A stretch of 63,227 nucleotides of DNA, filler included. It is 9 parts of 9 records of this genome, joined end to end, with 100 filler letters (N's around TTAATTAATTAA, not from the genome) between each part and the next. Parts side by side here need not be neighbours in the genome. Positions count along the whole stretch, not along the records: positions 50,486 to 57,980 come from SRR31147125_30079; positions 58,081 to 63,227 come from SRR31147125_30257; 7 more parts are not named here. One strand, given 5' to 3'. Shown here piece after piece: positions 53,501-63,126 of this stretch. How positions within the stretch are numbered: the first letter of the stretch is position 1; each line of letters begins with the position of its first letter. A model generated the notes under the pieces. The model was not told the origin of the DNA, did not search any database, and saw only the letters and a program-made list of their open reading frames with translations. The position numbers and the translations under genes are program-made.

Positions 53501-53789
53501 TAAAGCCGTTTTAAGTAACGAAATGGATTTGGAATATAATTCATACTATATCGAAGATGGGGATCACTGGAAAATTGATAATATAACTTGTGGGTATTCA
53601 TTTACACCTAATAACGAATTTATTAAAAGTGCGCGCGTATACGTTTCTACATTAAATACATTTATTCTTACAAAATATAAGGGTATTGATCCGGAAGTAA
53701 ATAGTGGTGGATTAAGTCCGGGGAACGATGGACGAGACAAATATCCAACTACACGAACGTTTACAGTTGGAGTAAATATTAATTTCTAA
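50505..53789 (+). CDS. susC: SusC/RagA TonB-dependent transporter with N-terminal signalling extension
   Basis: STN-like N-terminus, GEPLPGA, EVVAIGYG, LKDGSAAAIYGTRGTNGVI.ITTK, C-terminal Phe. Confidence 0.95.
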   Translation: MKKNWLYLYVDPGVSKLLRKMRITVFLLFVGFLGSIASESYSQSTKLNLEIKNSTVKEILGKIEDQSEFRFFYSGSVNVDRKTSISQKNSKIIDILDELFEGSGVNYEIMGRQIALVQGNESFGFNFKQSQQRTVSGTVSDESGEPLPGATVLIKGTTTGTVTDANGRFELSNVEQNSTLIISFVGMSTSEIVVTKSKIDVVLVTETIGLEEVVAIGYGTLKKVDVTSAVSSVKSDDFVKGGVKDVGQLIQGKVAGLTITSSSGNPLSNTQITLRGNTTLFGTSSNPLVLIDGVPGDFNTVAAEDIESIDVLKDGSAAAIYGTRGTNGVILITTKRASGVYDATVEYTGYMTTQVISRQLDMLDAADYRQQISSGIREASDDFGATTNWLDEITQTPVTQVHNLTFRGGNTKTNYLASINFNDAEGIFQKTDKRTFTARTDVNHSMFDGLVKVNLGLISRNIYHSNVSNTDYTYRQTLIYNPTAPITNENGSWYENPGAFNYDNPLARINESDGENRSQWSRMNATVVINPFEGLTLKSLVSYSKYNSRGSFYETKNHISTIRAGLNGYASNTSVESIDRLVELTAEYVKTFGEHRVTALGGYSYQDNDWHDMSMTNQDFPTDLFGADQIQLGTGIIEGGTSSGIESSRNKTNLIGFFGRLNYNYKNRYLLMASLRHEAASQLYGTEDPWGTFPSVSLGWRVSEESFMKDVSFVNDLKVRAGYGVTGTQPSSLFLGVATIGYSGVVYSNGEWMKTLAPTRNPNPYLRWEEKKETNIGVDFAVADNRISGSIDAYNRTIDGLLYDYTVPVPPNLVTTTRANVGKMENKGIEVLLNIVPVSKNDFEWMSSFNFSTNSNKLVSLSNDLYQATQEYFTDGHTGEPIQTFTHRIDIGDEIGNFYGFKVIDVDENGKWIYEDQDGNAVPYDEFSHAFEDKKVLGNGLPKLYAGWNNSIRFKNFDFSMSMRGAFGYQILNFERMYLENTKTVQYNRLSSAYDKVFGKAVLSNEMDLEYNSYYIEDGDHWKIDNITCGYSFTPNNEFIKSARVYVSTLNTFILTKYKGIDPEVNSGGLSPGNDGRDKYPTTRTFTVGVNINF

Positions 53790-53808
53790 TTTTAAAATCA
53801 ATACTAAA

Positions 53809-55440
53809 ATGAAGAAAATAAGATATAATAAAATATTCGGTATATGTTTTCTTGCATTGGCATTAATGGTGTCGGCATGTACCGAGTTGGAAGATAAAAG
53901 CTATAGTGTAATTGTTGCAGAACAATTCGAACCTACCGATGAAGATGTTGTAGCCATAATTGGTTCAGCTTATGGAAGCTGGGTTCCAATTTTAAATCAC
54001 TGGAATGGATTTTGGCGTGCTCAGGAAGTGGGAGCCGATCAGATTGTAATTCCGGCAAGACCAAATGGATGGGTTGATGGTGGTATTTACCGCCGGATTC
54101 ATGAACATGACTGGACAACAGACGATAACAATGTGTATGTTACCTGGGATAGAACTTATTCAGGAATTGCAAATTGTAACCGTATTCTTTACCAAATTGA
54201 ATCAGGGTTACTTCCGCTGGAAGAAACCAAAGATGCTGTAATTGCTGAATTGAAAGTATTACGCGCAGCGTATTATTATGTACTCTGCGATTTGTATGGT
54301 AATGTTCCAATTGTAACCGATTTTGATGTTGAAGAAGGATATTTGCCGGCGCAAAGTACGCAAGCCGAAGTATATAATTTTATTGTAACTGAAATAACCG
54401 AGAATCTTCAATATCTTCCTTCTGAGAATAATATGTCGACTTATGGAAGATTTAACGAATGGGCAGCCCGCACACTTTTAGCCAAAATGTATTTAAATGC
54501 AGAGGTTTATTCAGGTTCAGCAAAATGGAACGAATGTATTGAGCAATGTAATGCAATTATAAATTCCGACGCAGGTTTTGTTCTTGAAGGCGATCAGAAA
54601 AAAGTATTTGTGACCGAAAATCAGTTTTCAAAAGAGATTGTTTTTGGAATCGCAATTGATGATCAATATACAAAAGGGTGGAACGATTTTGATATTCATA
54701 TGCAAACCTGTCAGCCTTCTATGCAGGCAAAATATAATTTAACTCAAACTCCCTGGGGAGGAATGTGTGCCATCCCACAATTTATAAATACGTTCGATTC
54801 TGAAGATAAGCGGTTAAATAATAACTATATGATGGGTCAACAATATTCGGCAAGTGGGGAAGAATTGTTAGTAACCATGGGAGGTCTGGTTGGAGAACCA
54901 TTGGCATTAATTAATGAAGTTCCCGGAGTTCATTTTTCTGAAGAAATACATGGTTATCGGTTCGAAAAATTTGAAATTGCACTTGGTACTTCAAATGTTT
55001 TAAATAACGATTTTCCGTTATTCCGTTTTGCCGATGTTTTAATGATGAAAGCAGAATGTTTGTTGCGAACAGGAAATGCAAACGAAGCAGCTACAATTGT
55101 TTCTGAAGTGAGAGCAAGAGCATTTACTAATCCTGCAAAAGCAACGGTAACAGGAGATCAGTTAATGGAGGGAAGTTCATATAATTATGGACTTAGAAAT
55201 GAACTTGAATCGACCGAAGAAGGTGGTGATGATATTACATATGGTCGGTTTCTCGATGAATTAGGATGGGAGTTTAATCAGGAAGGACGAAGACGTCAGG
55301 ATATGATTCGGTTTGGAGTATTTACTTCAAAATCGTGGTTTTCACATTCACCAAATGGCGATTATCGGGCTCTTTATCCGATTCCCAGAGGACGTTTGGA
55401 AACCAATTCTAATTTGGCACAAAATCCAGGTTATAATTAA
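53809..55440 (+). CDS. susD: SusD/RagB nutrient-binding lipoprotein
   Basis: VSAC lipobox, DLYGNVP, RFADVL.MKAE, EGRRRQDMIRFG, QNPGY. Confidence 0.95.
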   Translation: MKKIRYNKIFGICFLALALMVSACTELEDKSYSVIVAEQFEPTDEDVVAIIGSAYGSWVPILNHWNGFWRAQEVGADQIVIPARPNGWVDGGIYRRIHEHDWTTDDNNVYVTWDRTYSGIANCNRILYQIESGLLPLEETKDAVIAELKVLRAAYYYVLCDLYGNVPIVTDFDVEEGYLPAQSTQAEVYNFIVTEITENLQYLPSENNMSTYGRFNEWAARTLLAKMYLNAEVYSGSAKWNECIEQCNAIINSDAGFVLEGDQKKVFVTENQFSKEIVFGIAIDDQYTKGWNDFDIHMQTCQPSMQAKYNLTQTPWGGMCAIPQFINTFDSEDKRLNNNYMMGQQYSASGEELLVTMGGLVGEPLALINEVPGVHFSEEIHGYRFEKFEIALGTSNVLNNDFPLFRFADVLMMKAECLLRTGNANEAATIVSEVRARAFTNPAKATVTGDQLMEGSSYNYGLRNELESTEEGGDDITYGRFLDELGWEFNQEGRRRQDMIRFGVFTSKSWFSHSPNGDYRALYPIPRGRLETNSNLAQNPGYN

Positions 55441-55450
55441 TGAATTAAAG

Positions 55451-55483
55451 GAGCCTTGCATTTTTTATATAAATGCAAGGCTC
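55451..55483 (+). terminator. Hairpin after susD
   Basis: 13-bp stem GAGCCTTGCATTT...AAATGCAAGGCTC. Confidence 0.7.
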
Positions 55484-55541
55484 TAAATATATATCTTTCT
55501 TAAAAAAGTGTTCTTTAATAAATGCTAAATTGCTTTAAACG

Positions 55542-56090
55542 ATGAATAACGGTCGCAGGAAGTTCTTAAAAAAAGCTTGTTTTTCGGGAGCATGTTTATG
55601 CGGATTTTCAGCATTGGTGCAAGGAGCACCCACTGAAGAAAGTGAACCGGCTCCCAATAATTTGTTAATGCAGGAGTGGATTTCTACACTTTTACTAAGT
55701 ATTGATGAAAATGCGGATGAAAATATGTCGCGGCAGATGTTGAAAAAATGTGCAGTTGCACATTACAATCAACTAAATATGAACGAATTTCTAAAACCTT
55801 ATGAAGGAAATCTCGAAAAATTTAATCAATTTATTGAAAATGAATGGGGATGGAAAATAGATTTTCAAAAAGAAAAAGGGATTTTAATAGCCGATGAGAA
55901 TAAGAATTTCTGCGTTTGCCCAATGGTAAATCAGGAAAAAGGAGTAAAATCGGCTGTTTTATGTTATTGTTCCGAAGGATTTGCAGAACTCATGTTTTCT
56001 AAAGTTGCAGGTCGTTCTGTCGAAGCCAGAGTTATTTCATCAATTCATCGGGGAAACGACAAATGTGTATATGAAATTAGATTGGATTAA
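55542..56090 (+). CDS. Cys-rich DUF6144/V4R-like protein with twin-arginine-like N-terminus
   Basis: GRRKFL; CVCP, CYCSEGF, S.HRG.DKC.YEI. Confidence 0.65.
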   Translation: MNNGRRKFLKKACFSGACLCGFSALVQGAPTEESEPAPNNLLMQEWISTLLLSIDENADENMSRQMLKKCAVAHYNQLNMNEFLKPYEGNLEKFNQFIENEWGWKIDFQKEKGILIADENKNFCVCPMVNQEKGVKSAVLCYCSEGFAELMFSKVAGRSVEARVISSIHRGNDKCVYEIRLD

Positions 56091-56249
56091 TTTACATTCT
56101 ATAAACTATAGGAAACTGAATTTTGAGATGCTTGTAATTAATTGCTTTTTCAGAAAAACAGATTAAAAAAAATAGAAAGACGAAACACTATATTGAATTT
56201 TTTGAGCAAGTTCCGTCGATTACAATTAAAAACCATAAATAATAATGAG

Positions 56250-57980
56250 ATGAAATCACAAATTCTAGTAACAATTTTTGCTTTTTTGCTTTTATGGAGT
56301 TGTACTTCAACTGAAAAAGAAGAAACTACCGTGGAGAAAGCAGTTTATCCGATTTCGGGCATTCCTTTTAGCGAGGTTCAGATAAATGATAATTTTTGGT
56401 TGCCAAAAATTGAAACCAACCGTACAGCAACCATTCCAGCCTCGTTTGAGAAATGTGAGGAAATGGGAAGGCTTGATAACTTTCTGATAGCAGGTGGTAA
56501 AATGGAAGGAAAAGTAAAAGGTGATATGCCCTTTGATGATACTGATGTGTATAAAATTATTGAGGGTGCAGCCTATTCCATGACAACCATTCCCGATCCG
56601 AAATTGGATGCTTATGTTGATTCGTTAATAGAAATTATTTCAATTGGGCAAGAAGATGACGGTTACCTGACTACATGGAAAACAATAGATCCTACAAATT
56701 CGCCTGCCGAATGGTGCCCGCCCGGCGAACGTTGGGAAGGCCTGGCATGGAGTCACGAATTGTACAATGCAGGACACATGTACGAAGCTGCCACTGCACA
56801 TTATCTGGCAACCGGAAAACGTAATTTTCTGGATATTGCAACTAAAAATGCCGATTTATTGGTTTCGGTTTTTGGCGCGATAAAAACACCGAAGTTCCCG
56901 GTCATCAAATTGTTGAAACAGGATTGATAAAACTTTATTTGGTCACTGAAAAGAAAGAATACCTTGATTTAGCTAAACACTTTCTCGATTTCAGAGGGGA
57001 CAGTACAAAGCGTGAAATTTGGGGAGCATATCATCAGGATCACAGACCGGTTACTGAACAGGTAGAAGCACACGGCCATGCTGTTCGTGCAGCTTATATG
57101 TATGCAGGAATGACCGATGTTGCTGCACTGTTCAACGATAAAGCATATGAAATTGCCGTTGATAATTTATGGAAAAATGTGGTTAACAAAAAGATGTATA
57201 TAACAGGAGGTATTGGTTCTAAGCATGATGGTGAGGCATTTGGCGAAAATTATGAATTACCAAACTTAACTGCGTATAACGAAACTTGCGCTGCAATTGC
57301 CAATGTTTACTGGAATTACCGGATGTTCTTGCTTCACGGCGATTCTAAATATATCGATGTACTGGAAAGAAGCTTGTATAACGGCGTAATTTCGGGTGTT
57401 GCACTCGACGGAAAAAATTTCTTTTATCCAAATCCCCTTTCCTGCGATATGCATTATCATTTTAACCGCGAAACAATGGAGCGTCAAACCTGGTTCGATT
57501 GTTCTTGCTGTCCAACTAATTTATGCCGTTTTATGCCATCGGTACCGGGATATATTTATGCTCAAAATGAAAGCGATTTATATGTAAACCTTTTTGTTCA
57601 AAGTAATACCGAGCTAAAAATGCAGGAAACAGTAGTCGGTATCGCTCAGCAAACAAAATACCCATGGGATGGGAAGGTGGAGATTTCGGTCTCGCCAAAA
57701 GAACAAACAACGTTTAATATAAAAGTTCGAATTCCGGGTTGGTCGGTTAACAAACCGCTTCCAGGCGATTTATATGCGTATGCTAACACTATTGATAGCA
57801 AACCTGTAATAGAAATCAATGGCGAAAAAACAGATTACAGTATCGAAAAAGGATATGCGGTATTAAATCGCGAATGGAATACAAATGATAAAATTGTACT
57901 TAAAATGCCTTTGGAAGTACGAAAAGTAAAAGCGAATGAATTGGTAGAAGACAATCGGGGAAAAATTGCAATCGAACGTG
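56250..57980 (+). CDS. Glycoside hydrolase family 127 lipoprotein (apparent indel near 56880; 3' truncated)
   Basis: WSC lipobox, FDDTDVYK, HELYNAGH, GHAVRA.Y, ETCAAI, FFYPNPL, CSCCPTN. Confidence 0.92.
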
Positions 57981-58081
57981 NNNNNNNNNNNNNNNNNNNN
58001 NNNNNNNNNNNNNNNNNNNNNNNNTTAATTAATTAANNNNNNNNNNNNNNNNNNNNNNNNNNNNNNNNNNNNNNNNNNNNG

Positions 58082-58177
58082 GCTTCGCCGTTTATTATAT
58101 GCAATGTAATAGTGCTGCTGTTAGTTACCTTTGTTCCAGAAATCTCTATGTGGCTGCCTAATCTATTTATTAAATAG
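58082..58177 (+). CDS. C-terminal fragment of TRAP transporter large permease (DctM-like)
   Basis: ASPFIICNVIVLLLVTFVPEISMWLPNLFIK*, the typical P.I..WLP ending. Confidence 0.7.
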   Translation, partial: ASPFIICNVIVLLLVTFVPEISMWLPNLFIK

Positions 58178-58203
58178 ACTGCAATGTCTTTGAGGTATGA
58201 GAA

Positions 58204-59346
58204 ATGAAAAAGTATGATGAGCTTACAAAATTGCTTGATTTTATGGAAGAAAACATTGATCTTGATTATATTAGAGAAATTGAGCAGTTACAGTACGATA
58301 CTATAAACTACAAAAAAGTTGATAGATTGCCTTTAACCATTCGCACAATGCCGGACGGATTTAAGCAGATTCCCCTAGAAATAGCATTCGAAAACCCCGA
58401 AATGATGCTTTTTAATGAGATACTGTGGAGCACAATGCACAGCTCGTATAACAGCGTACGAATCAAAGACGAAAGTCCGCTGATGATAAGGAGTAATCAC
58501 GGAATAGGTATTATTGCATCTATGTTTGGATGCAAATCCTCAGTGCTTAATAATCAGATGCCGTGTGTTGATTATATTAGTTTAGATGAGGCAAAAAGAG
58601 CTTTTGCAAAAGGAATCCCGGACGTTAAATCTGGACTGGGTAAAAAGGTTATTGAAACATATACATATTATCACGAAAGGCTGAAGTCATACCCCAAATG
58701 CTGCAGTGCTATACGCATTACACAACCGGATATGCAGGGACCATATGACATACTGCATTTAATACTCGGCAGTGAAGCGTTATTACTGCCCTATAGCAAG
58801 CCGGCGCTGGCAAAGTATATGATAGATGTTATTGCTCATACGTATGTCAATTTCATAAAAGAAGTAGATTTGCTGCTCACCGATAAAATAAATGATGCAG
58901 TGTTTGTACATGGGTTTTGCTGCGGCGGCAGGGTGCTTGTTAAGGCGGACACTGCAATTGCAAATCTATCGCCTGAAATGTATACATTGTACGAAGCAGA
59001 GCCGGACTCATATATTTTTGATGCATTCTCAAGCCAGGGCGGTGGTTCTCTTTACTACTGCGGGCAGTCAAAACCGTGGCATAAAGAAGCTATATTGGAT
59101 AAGAATTTAAGATGTGTTAATTACGGCAATCCCGATATGCATAATCTGCAGGAAGAATACGCCTACTATAAACAGCATAATATTGCAATAGTCGGCTGGG
59201 GATTTAATCAGGAATATAATCAGGTAAAAGAAGAGATGGATACATCAGATGACGGTAAACCTGTAAAAACAGGTGTGACATTAATGTGTAAAGCTGATAA
59301 TGCTGAACATGGAATTGAAATAATAAAAAAACATCGGAATATATAG
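58204..59346 (+). CDS. Uroporphyrinogen decarboxylase/methyltransferase-2 superfamily protein
   Basis: G.GIIASMFG, DMQGPYDILHL..G, D....LSPEMY, GGSLYYCG. Confidence 0.7.
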   Translation: MKKYDELTKLLDFMEENIDLDYIREIEQLQYDTINYKKVDRLPLTIRTMPDGFKQIPLEIAFENPEMMLFNEILWSTMHSSYNSVRIKDESPLMIRSNHGIGIIASMFGCKSSVLNNQMPCVDYISLDEAKRAFAKGIPDVKSGLGKKVIETYTYYHERLKSYPKCCSAIRITQPDMQGPYDILHLILGSEALLLPYSKPALAKYMIDVIAHTYVNFIKEVDLLLTDKINDAVFVHGFCCGGRVLVKADTAIANLSPEMYTLYEAEPDSYIFDAFSSQGGGSLYYCGQSKPWHKEAILDKNLRCVNYGNPDMHNLQEEYAYYKQHNIAIVGWGFNQEYNQVKEEMDTSDDGKPVKTGVTLMCKADNAEHGIEIIKKHRNI

Positions 59347-59430
59347 GAGACTTTTTAGCTTAACTAGAATTATTTCGATACAAGTTTAAAAGAGAAATAT
59401 TTTTTAATATCTTACTTTATATTCATTAAC

Positions 59431-59470
59431 CAGTAGTGTTCTGCCTATATTCATTGACAGAACACTACTG
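59431..59470. terminator. 13-bp inverted repeat between convergent genes
   Basis: CAGTAGTGTTCTG-N14-CAGAACACTACTG, overlapping the AraC stop. Confidence 0.55.
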
Positions 59471-60316
59471 TTTGTTTGCAAACTGCTTAGGCGAAATCCC
59501 AAAATGTTTTTTGAAAACTCGGATAAAATTTGTGTAATTTTGAAATCCGCACAAATCGCTTGTTGTAGTTACATTATGTCCCTGATGAAGTAATATTTTC
59601 GCACGTGCAAGCCGCCTGGATATTATATATCTATGAATGGTTGTATCTGTAGTCTGTTTAAAAATCTGGCACATGTATTGTTTGTTAAGATGAAATTCAT
59701 CAGACAGTGAATCCAATGTAATATCCGATGTAAAGTTATCGTTTAAATAATCAATAATTGTTTTAACTGTGGAGTTCAATCCGTAGGATTCATCGCTTTT
59801 TTCTGTAGTGAAATTTTCGTTAAACCATCTGTTTATATATACTAATAATTCTATATAGTATGATTCAGCCTGTGCTTGTGCACCAAAATCGTTTAGATCA
59901 ATATTATATATTTTTTTTGTTATATCTTTAAATACCTTTTGCTGCTCTTTGCTCAATTTTATTCTATTATGGGTACCGCCCTTTCTGGAAACAAAGCAGC
60001 TAAGAAGGGAAATAGAATGCCGCGGATTTATCTCTTTTATTTTTTCAGGATTTATTATTACAATAATCCGCCTATAGTCACCATCTTTATCTCTTAAGGG
60101 TTTATGTATTTCAAAACCGTTGATAATAAACAAATCTCCCGGTTCCATCGAATAGATATTATCCTCTATCAGGAACTGCTTTGCACCTCCTTCACAATAA
60201 TAAATTTCATAATAATCGTGAAAATGAAAATCAGGAAAGCATGAAACATCATTTCCCTTGAATTTTACATCTAATTCTTTCTCGAAAAATTCCTTGCTTT
60301 GAAAATAATTAATCAT
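59465..60316 (-). CDS. AraC family transcriptional regulator (cupin plus HTH)
   Basis: FHFHDYYEI, GDLFII...EIH, CGFQNYTNFIRVFKK.FGISP. Confidence 0.92.
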   Translation of the reverse strand: MINYFQSKEFFEKELDVKFKGNDVSCFPDFHFHDYYEIYYCEGGAKQFLIEDNIYSMEPGDLFIINGFEIHKPLRDKDGDYRRIIVIINPEKIKEINPRHSISLLSCFVSRKGGTHNRIKLSKEQQKVFKDITKKIYNIDLNDFGAQAQAESYYIELLVYINRWFNENFTTEKSDESYGLNSTVKTIIDYLNDNFTSDITLDSLSDEFHLNKQYMCQIFKQTTDTTIHRYIISRRLARAKILLHQGHNVTTTSDLCGFQNYTNFIRVFKKHFGISPKQFANKQ

Positions 60317-60460
60317 AGCTTTTACTCCTTATTTACATATATTTAGGTATTATAACCTTACTATACCATAATTTTTGTCAGATTTACACAAAGAAATGTA
60401 TATTAACTTGAAGATTTTAATGTTAATATTTGCATATATAGGAGAAAGGAGTTAATATTC

Positions 60461-61561
60461 ATGTGTACCGTCATGATTATTGAAGACAGATATACCGTAC
60501 AAAGCTGGCTGCTTGAATGCATCGAGAAATCTGAAATTAATTCACATAATACTATAATATGTAATTCAGGTAGTGAAGCGCTTGAGTATATATCGCAAAG
60601 CAATGTTGATATAATCATAACCAGACTGCAAAGTGATAGCTGTTCCTGCGGAGAATTTATTAAGACACTGAAAAAAAAGCTTTTATTATCTATAGTTCTC
60701 GGATATGGTGCATGCATAGACTTTAACTGTTTGTGCACTGCTGTGAATAATGGAATTACAAGGTACTTAGCAGATGTTTTTAATAAAGATAAACTGGAAG
60801 AATTATTAAAAGATGCTTATGAAAAGTACTACACAAACAAAATAAGCCTTATGCAGATTGCAAATATTTCAGGCAGAAAAGCAGAAATTGCATATTCAGG
60901 TAAAATGCTTAAAGACTGGGCTGATGCGTTTGCCCGAAATGCGACTGAGGGGAATGAAAAAAACATAGATACTTATATAGATGTCCTTACCAAAATAATA
61001 GACGATCAGAAGTTATATCATTCTAAGAGTATGATTTTAGAACTGATAATTATAATGAATGATAAAATAAGTAAAGGCGATTTCGAATCAGACTATAAAA
61101 TACTAAGTTCAGTAGAATGCTGCAAATTAATGCAGGTTGATACTGTAGAAGGTCTAAAAAACATGATTAGAAATCATATGAAAGGAATGGCAGAAAATAT
61201 TCATCTTTTATCCTCTGCAGACAATCAAAAATCTTTACTGATTATTTCGGCAACTAAATTTATAAAGGATAATTATCAAATTGACCTATCAAGAGATGAT
61301 GTTGCATCCCAGATTAATTTAAATCCAAGTTATTTCAGCAAATTCTTTAAAGAACAAATGGGAGAATCATTTGTAGGCTATCTAAGAAGAATCCGCATTG
61401 AAAAAGCTATGAGCCATTTGGAGAATACTGATGATTCCATTAAGGAAATCAGTAAAAAAGTAGGATATTTGGATAGTAACTATTTTTCTCGATTATTTTA
61501 TAATTACACAGGCTTTACACCGTGTGAGTATCGAAAACACTCTATAAAATTAATGGCATAA
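60461..61561 (+). CDS. Atypical receiver-like plus AraC HTH regulator
   Basis: Degenerate receiver (IIED, NSGSEALE, DIIIT) and intact AraC domain (NPSYFSKFFK, VGY.DSNYFSRLF..TGFTP.EYR). Confidence 0.8.
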   Translation: MCTVMIIEDRYTVQSWLLECIEKSEINSHNTIICNSGSEALEYISQSNVDIIITRLQSDSCSCGEFIKTLKKKLLLSIVLGYGACIDFNCLCTAVNNGITRYLADVFNKDKLEELLKDAYEKYYTNKISLMQIANISGRKAEIAYSGKMLKDWADAFARNATEGNEKNIDTYIDVLTKIIDDQKLYHSKSMILELIIIMNDKISKGDFESDYKILSSVECCKLMQVDTVEGLKNMIRNHMKGMAENIHLLSSADNQKSLLIISATKFIKDNYQIDLSRDDVASQINLNPSYFSKFFKEQMGESFVGYLRRIRIEKAMSHLENTDDSIKEISKKVGYLDSNYFSRLFYNYTGFTPCEYRKHSIKLMA

Positions 61562-61594
61562 AACAATTACAATTTATATTTAAGGAGAGGTAAA

Positions 61595-62437
61595 ATGGAA
61601 ATCAGGCAATCATCGAGCGCAAGAGATGCACAAAATTATAACACGGAAAGATTGAGGGAAGAATACCTAGTAACAGGATTATTTAAACCAAACAGTGTCA
61701 AGAGGGTGTATTCACATATCGATAGAATTATAACTATGGGTTTTTGCCCTGCCGAGAAGGATTTAGAACTTGGCGAGAACTTAGACATTATGAAAAATTT
61801 AGGGACAGAGTATTTCCTTGAAAGGCGTGAGTTTGGTACAATCAACGTAGGCGGCAGCGGAAAAATAGTGGTTGACGGCAAAGAATACAAACTGGAGAGC
61901 CTGGATGGCTTATACGTCGGAATGGGTGCAAAGGAAGTGGTATTTAAAAGCGATGATGCTAAAAATCCCTCTAAATTCTATACACTAAGTGCACCTGCTC
62001 ACAGAACTTATCCTATTGCACACGTTGATATAACCAAAGCTAAAAAAGTGCCTTTGGGCGATGCAGTAACATCGAACAAAAGGGTAATCAATCAGTATAT
62101 CCATCCTGATGTAATAGACAGCTGTCAGCTTTCAATGGGTATGACAGAAATGGCAGACGGAAACGTATGGAACACAATGCCGTGCCACACACACGAAAGA
62201 AGAATGGAAGTTTACTTCTATTTCGGTATTGATAATGACAACCTGGTGTTCCACTACATGGGCGAACCTACACAAACGCGGCATATAGTAACCCGCAATG
62301 AAGAAGCAATCATATCACCATCATGGTCAATACATTCAGGCTGCGGCACAAAGGCTTATAAATTCATCTGGGGAATGGTGGGCGAAAACAAAACTTTCAC
62401 TGATATGGATCATATAGCATTAAAAGATATAAAATAA
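61595..62437 (+). CDS. kduI: 5-dehydro-4-deoxy-D-glucuronate isomerase
   Basis: YSHIDR, FLERREFG, SAPAH, WNTMPCHTHERRMEVY, SPSWSIHSG, GENK.FTDMD. Confidence 0.96.
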   Translation: MEIRQSSSARDAQNYNTERLREEYLVTGLFKPNSVKRVYSHIDRIITMGFCPAEKDLELGENLDIMKNLGTEYFLERREFGTINVGGSGKIVVDGKEYKLESLDGLYVGMGAKEVVFKSDDAKNPSKFYTLSAPAHRTYPIAHVDITKAKKVPLGDAVTSNKRVINQYIHPDVIDSCQLSMGMTEMADGNVWNTMPCHTHERRMEVYFYFGIDNDNLVFHYMGEPTQTRHIVTRNEEAIISPSWSIHSGCGTKAYKFIWGMVGENKTFTDMDHIALKDIK

Positions 62438-62495
62438 AAAGCCAACTATATGTTAAAAGATATGATTATTTACAATGAATATTTAAATTAATAAT

Positions 62496-63126
62496 TTATT
62501 TTTCTGGCTGTTGTTTTGCAGCATCATCAATCTGTTTAAATAACTTTACAGCAAACCCGCTTACTGTTAAGAAAATAGATACTGGCACATATAAGAAAAC
62601 CAAAAAACATTAGTATTGTATTAAACCTAAACAATACAATAAGTATAGCTATAATTACCCACAATAACAGCGTCCTTCCAAAGAACTTGTTAGCAATTGC
62701 TGAGGAGTTTTTTAAGATGTTAATTATAGTATTATGATATCTAGCACATACAGCAAAGGCATAAGTAAAGTAGATAAGACCAAAAAAAGAAATTATTATA
62801 GCTGCGATTAAAAAAAGTACAGGATTATTATCTAATTTATTGAAAAATTCCATGTTTAGATAAATTAAATAAGCAGTTATCAGTGCCATTATCCCCATAG
62901 GTATACCTTGCTTCCAATTAACTTTAAATGCTTGTATAAACTGTCTAACTACATATCCTTCATGATCTTCTACCATTTTCAAAGTTACTGAATATGCAGC
63001 TACAGTAGCAGCCCCAATTGTTATAACTGGCAAACTAAACAAAAGCCACATGAAGTTTAACTTCACCATATCCCAAAACCTAACTATAAATTTATATAAT
63101 GGACTATTAATACTAAAAAAACGCAT
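62496..63126 (-). CDS. YesL/DUF624 membrane protein (apparent indel near 62590)
   Basis: LNFMWLLFSLPVITIGAATVA, F..AFK.NWKQ; the shifted frame gives a natural C-terminus ending at 62496. Confidence 0.82.

Noticed and set aside
33166..57980. Joining the sulfatase/GH29 cluster and susCD-GH127 into one PUL
   Set aside because: They lie on different contigs separated by spacers and an unrelated contig.
6439..58080. Recurring TTAATTAATTAA palindrome as a biological repeat or recombination site
   Set aside because: Always centred in identical N padding, with composition changing abruptly across it; it is an assembly joiner. ORFs ending in XXXLIN are artefacts.
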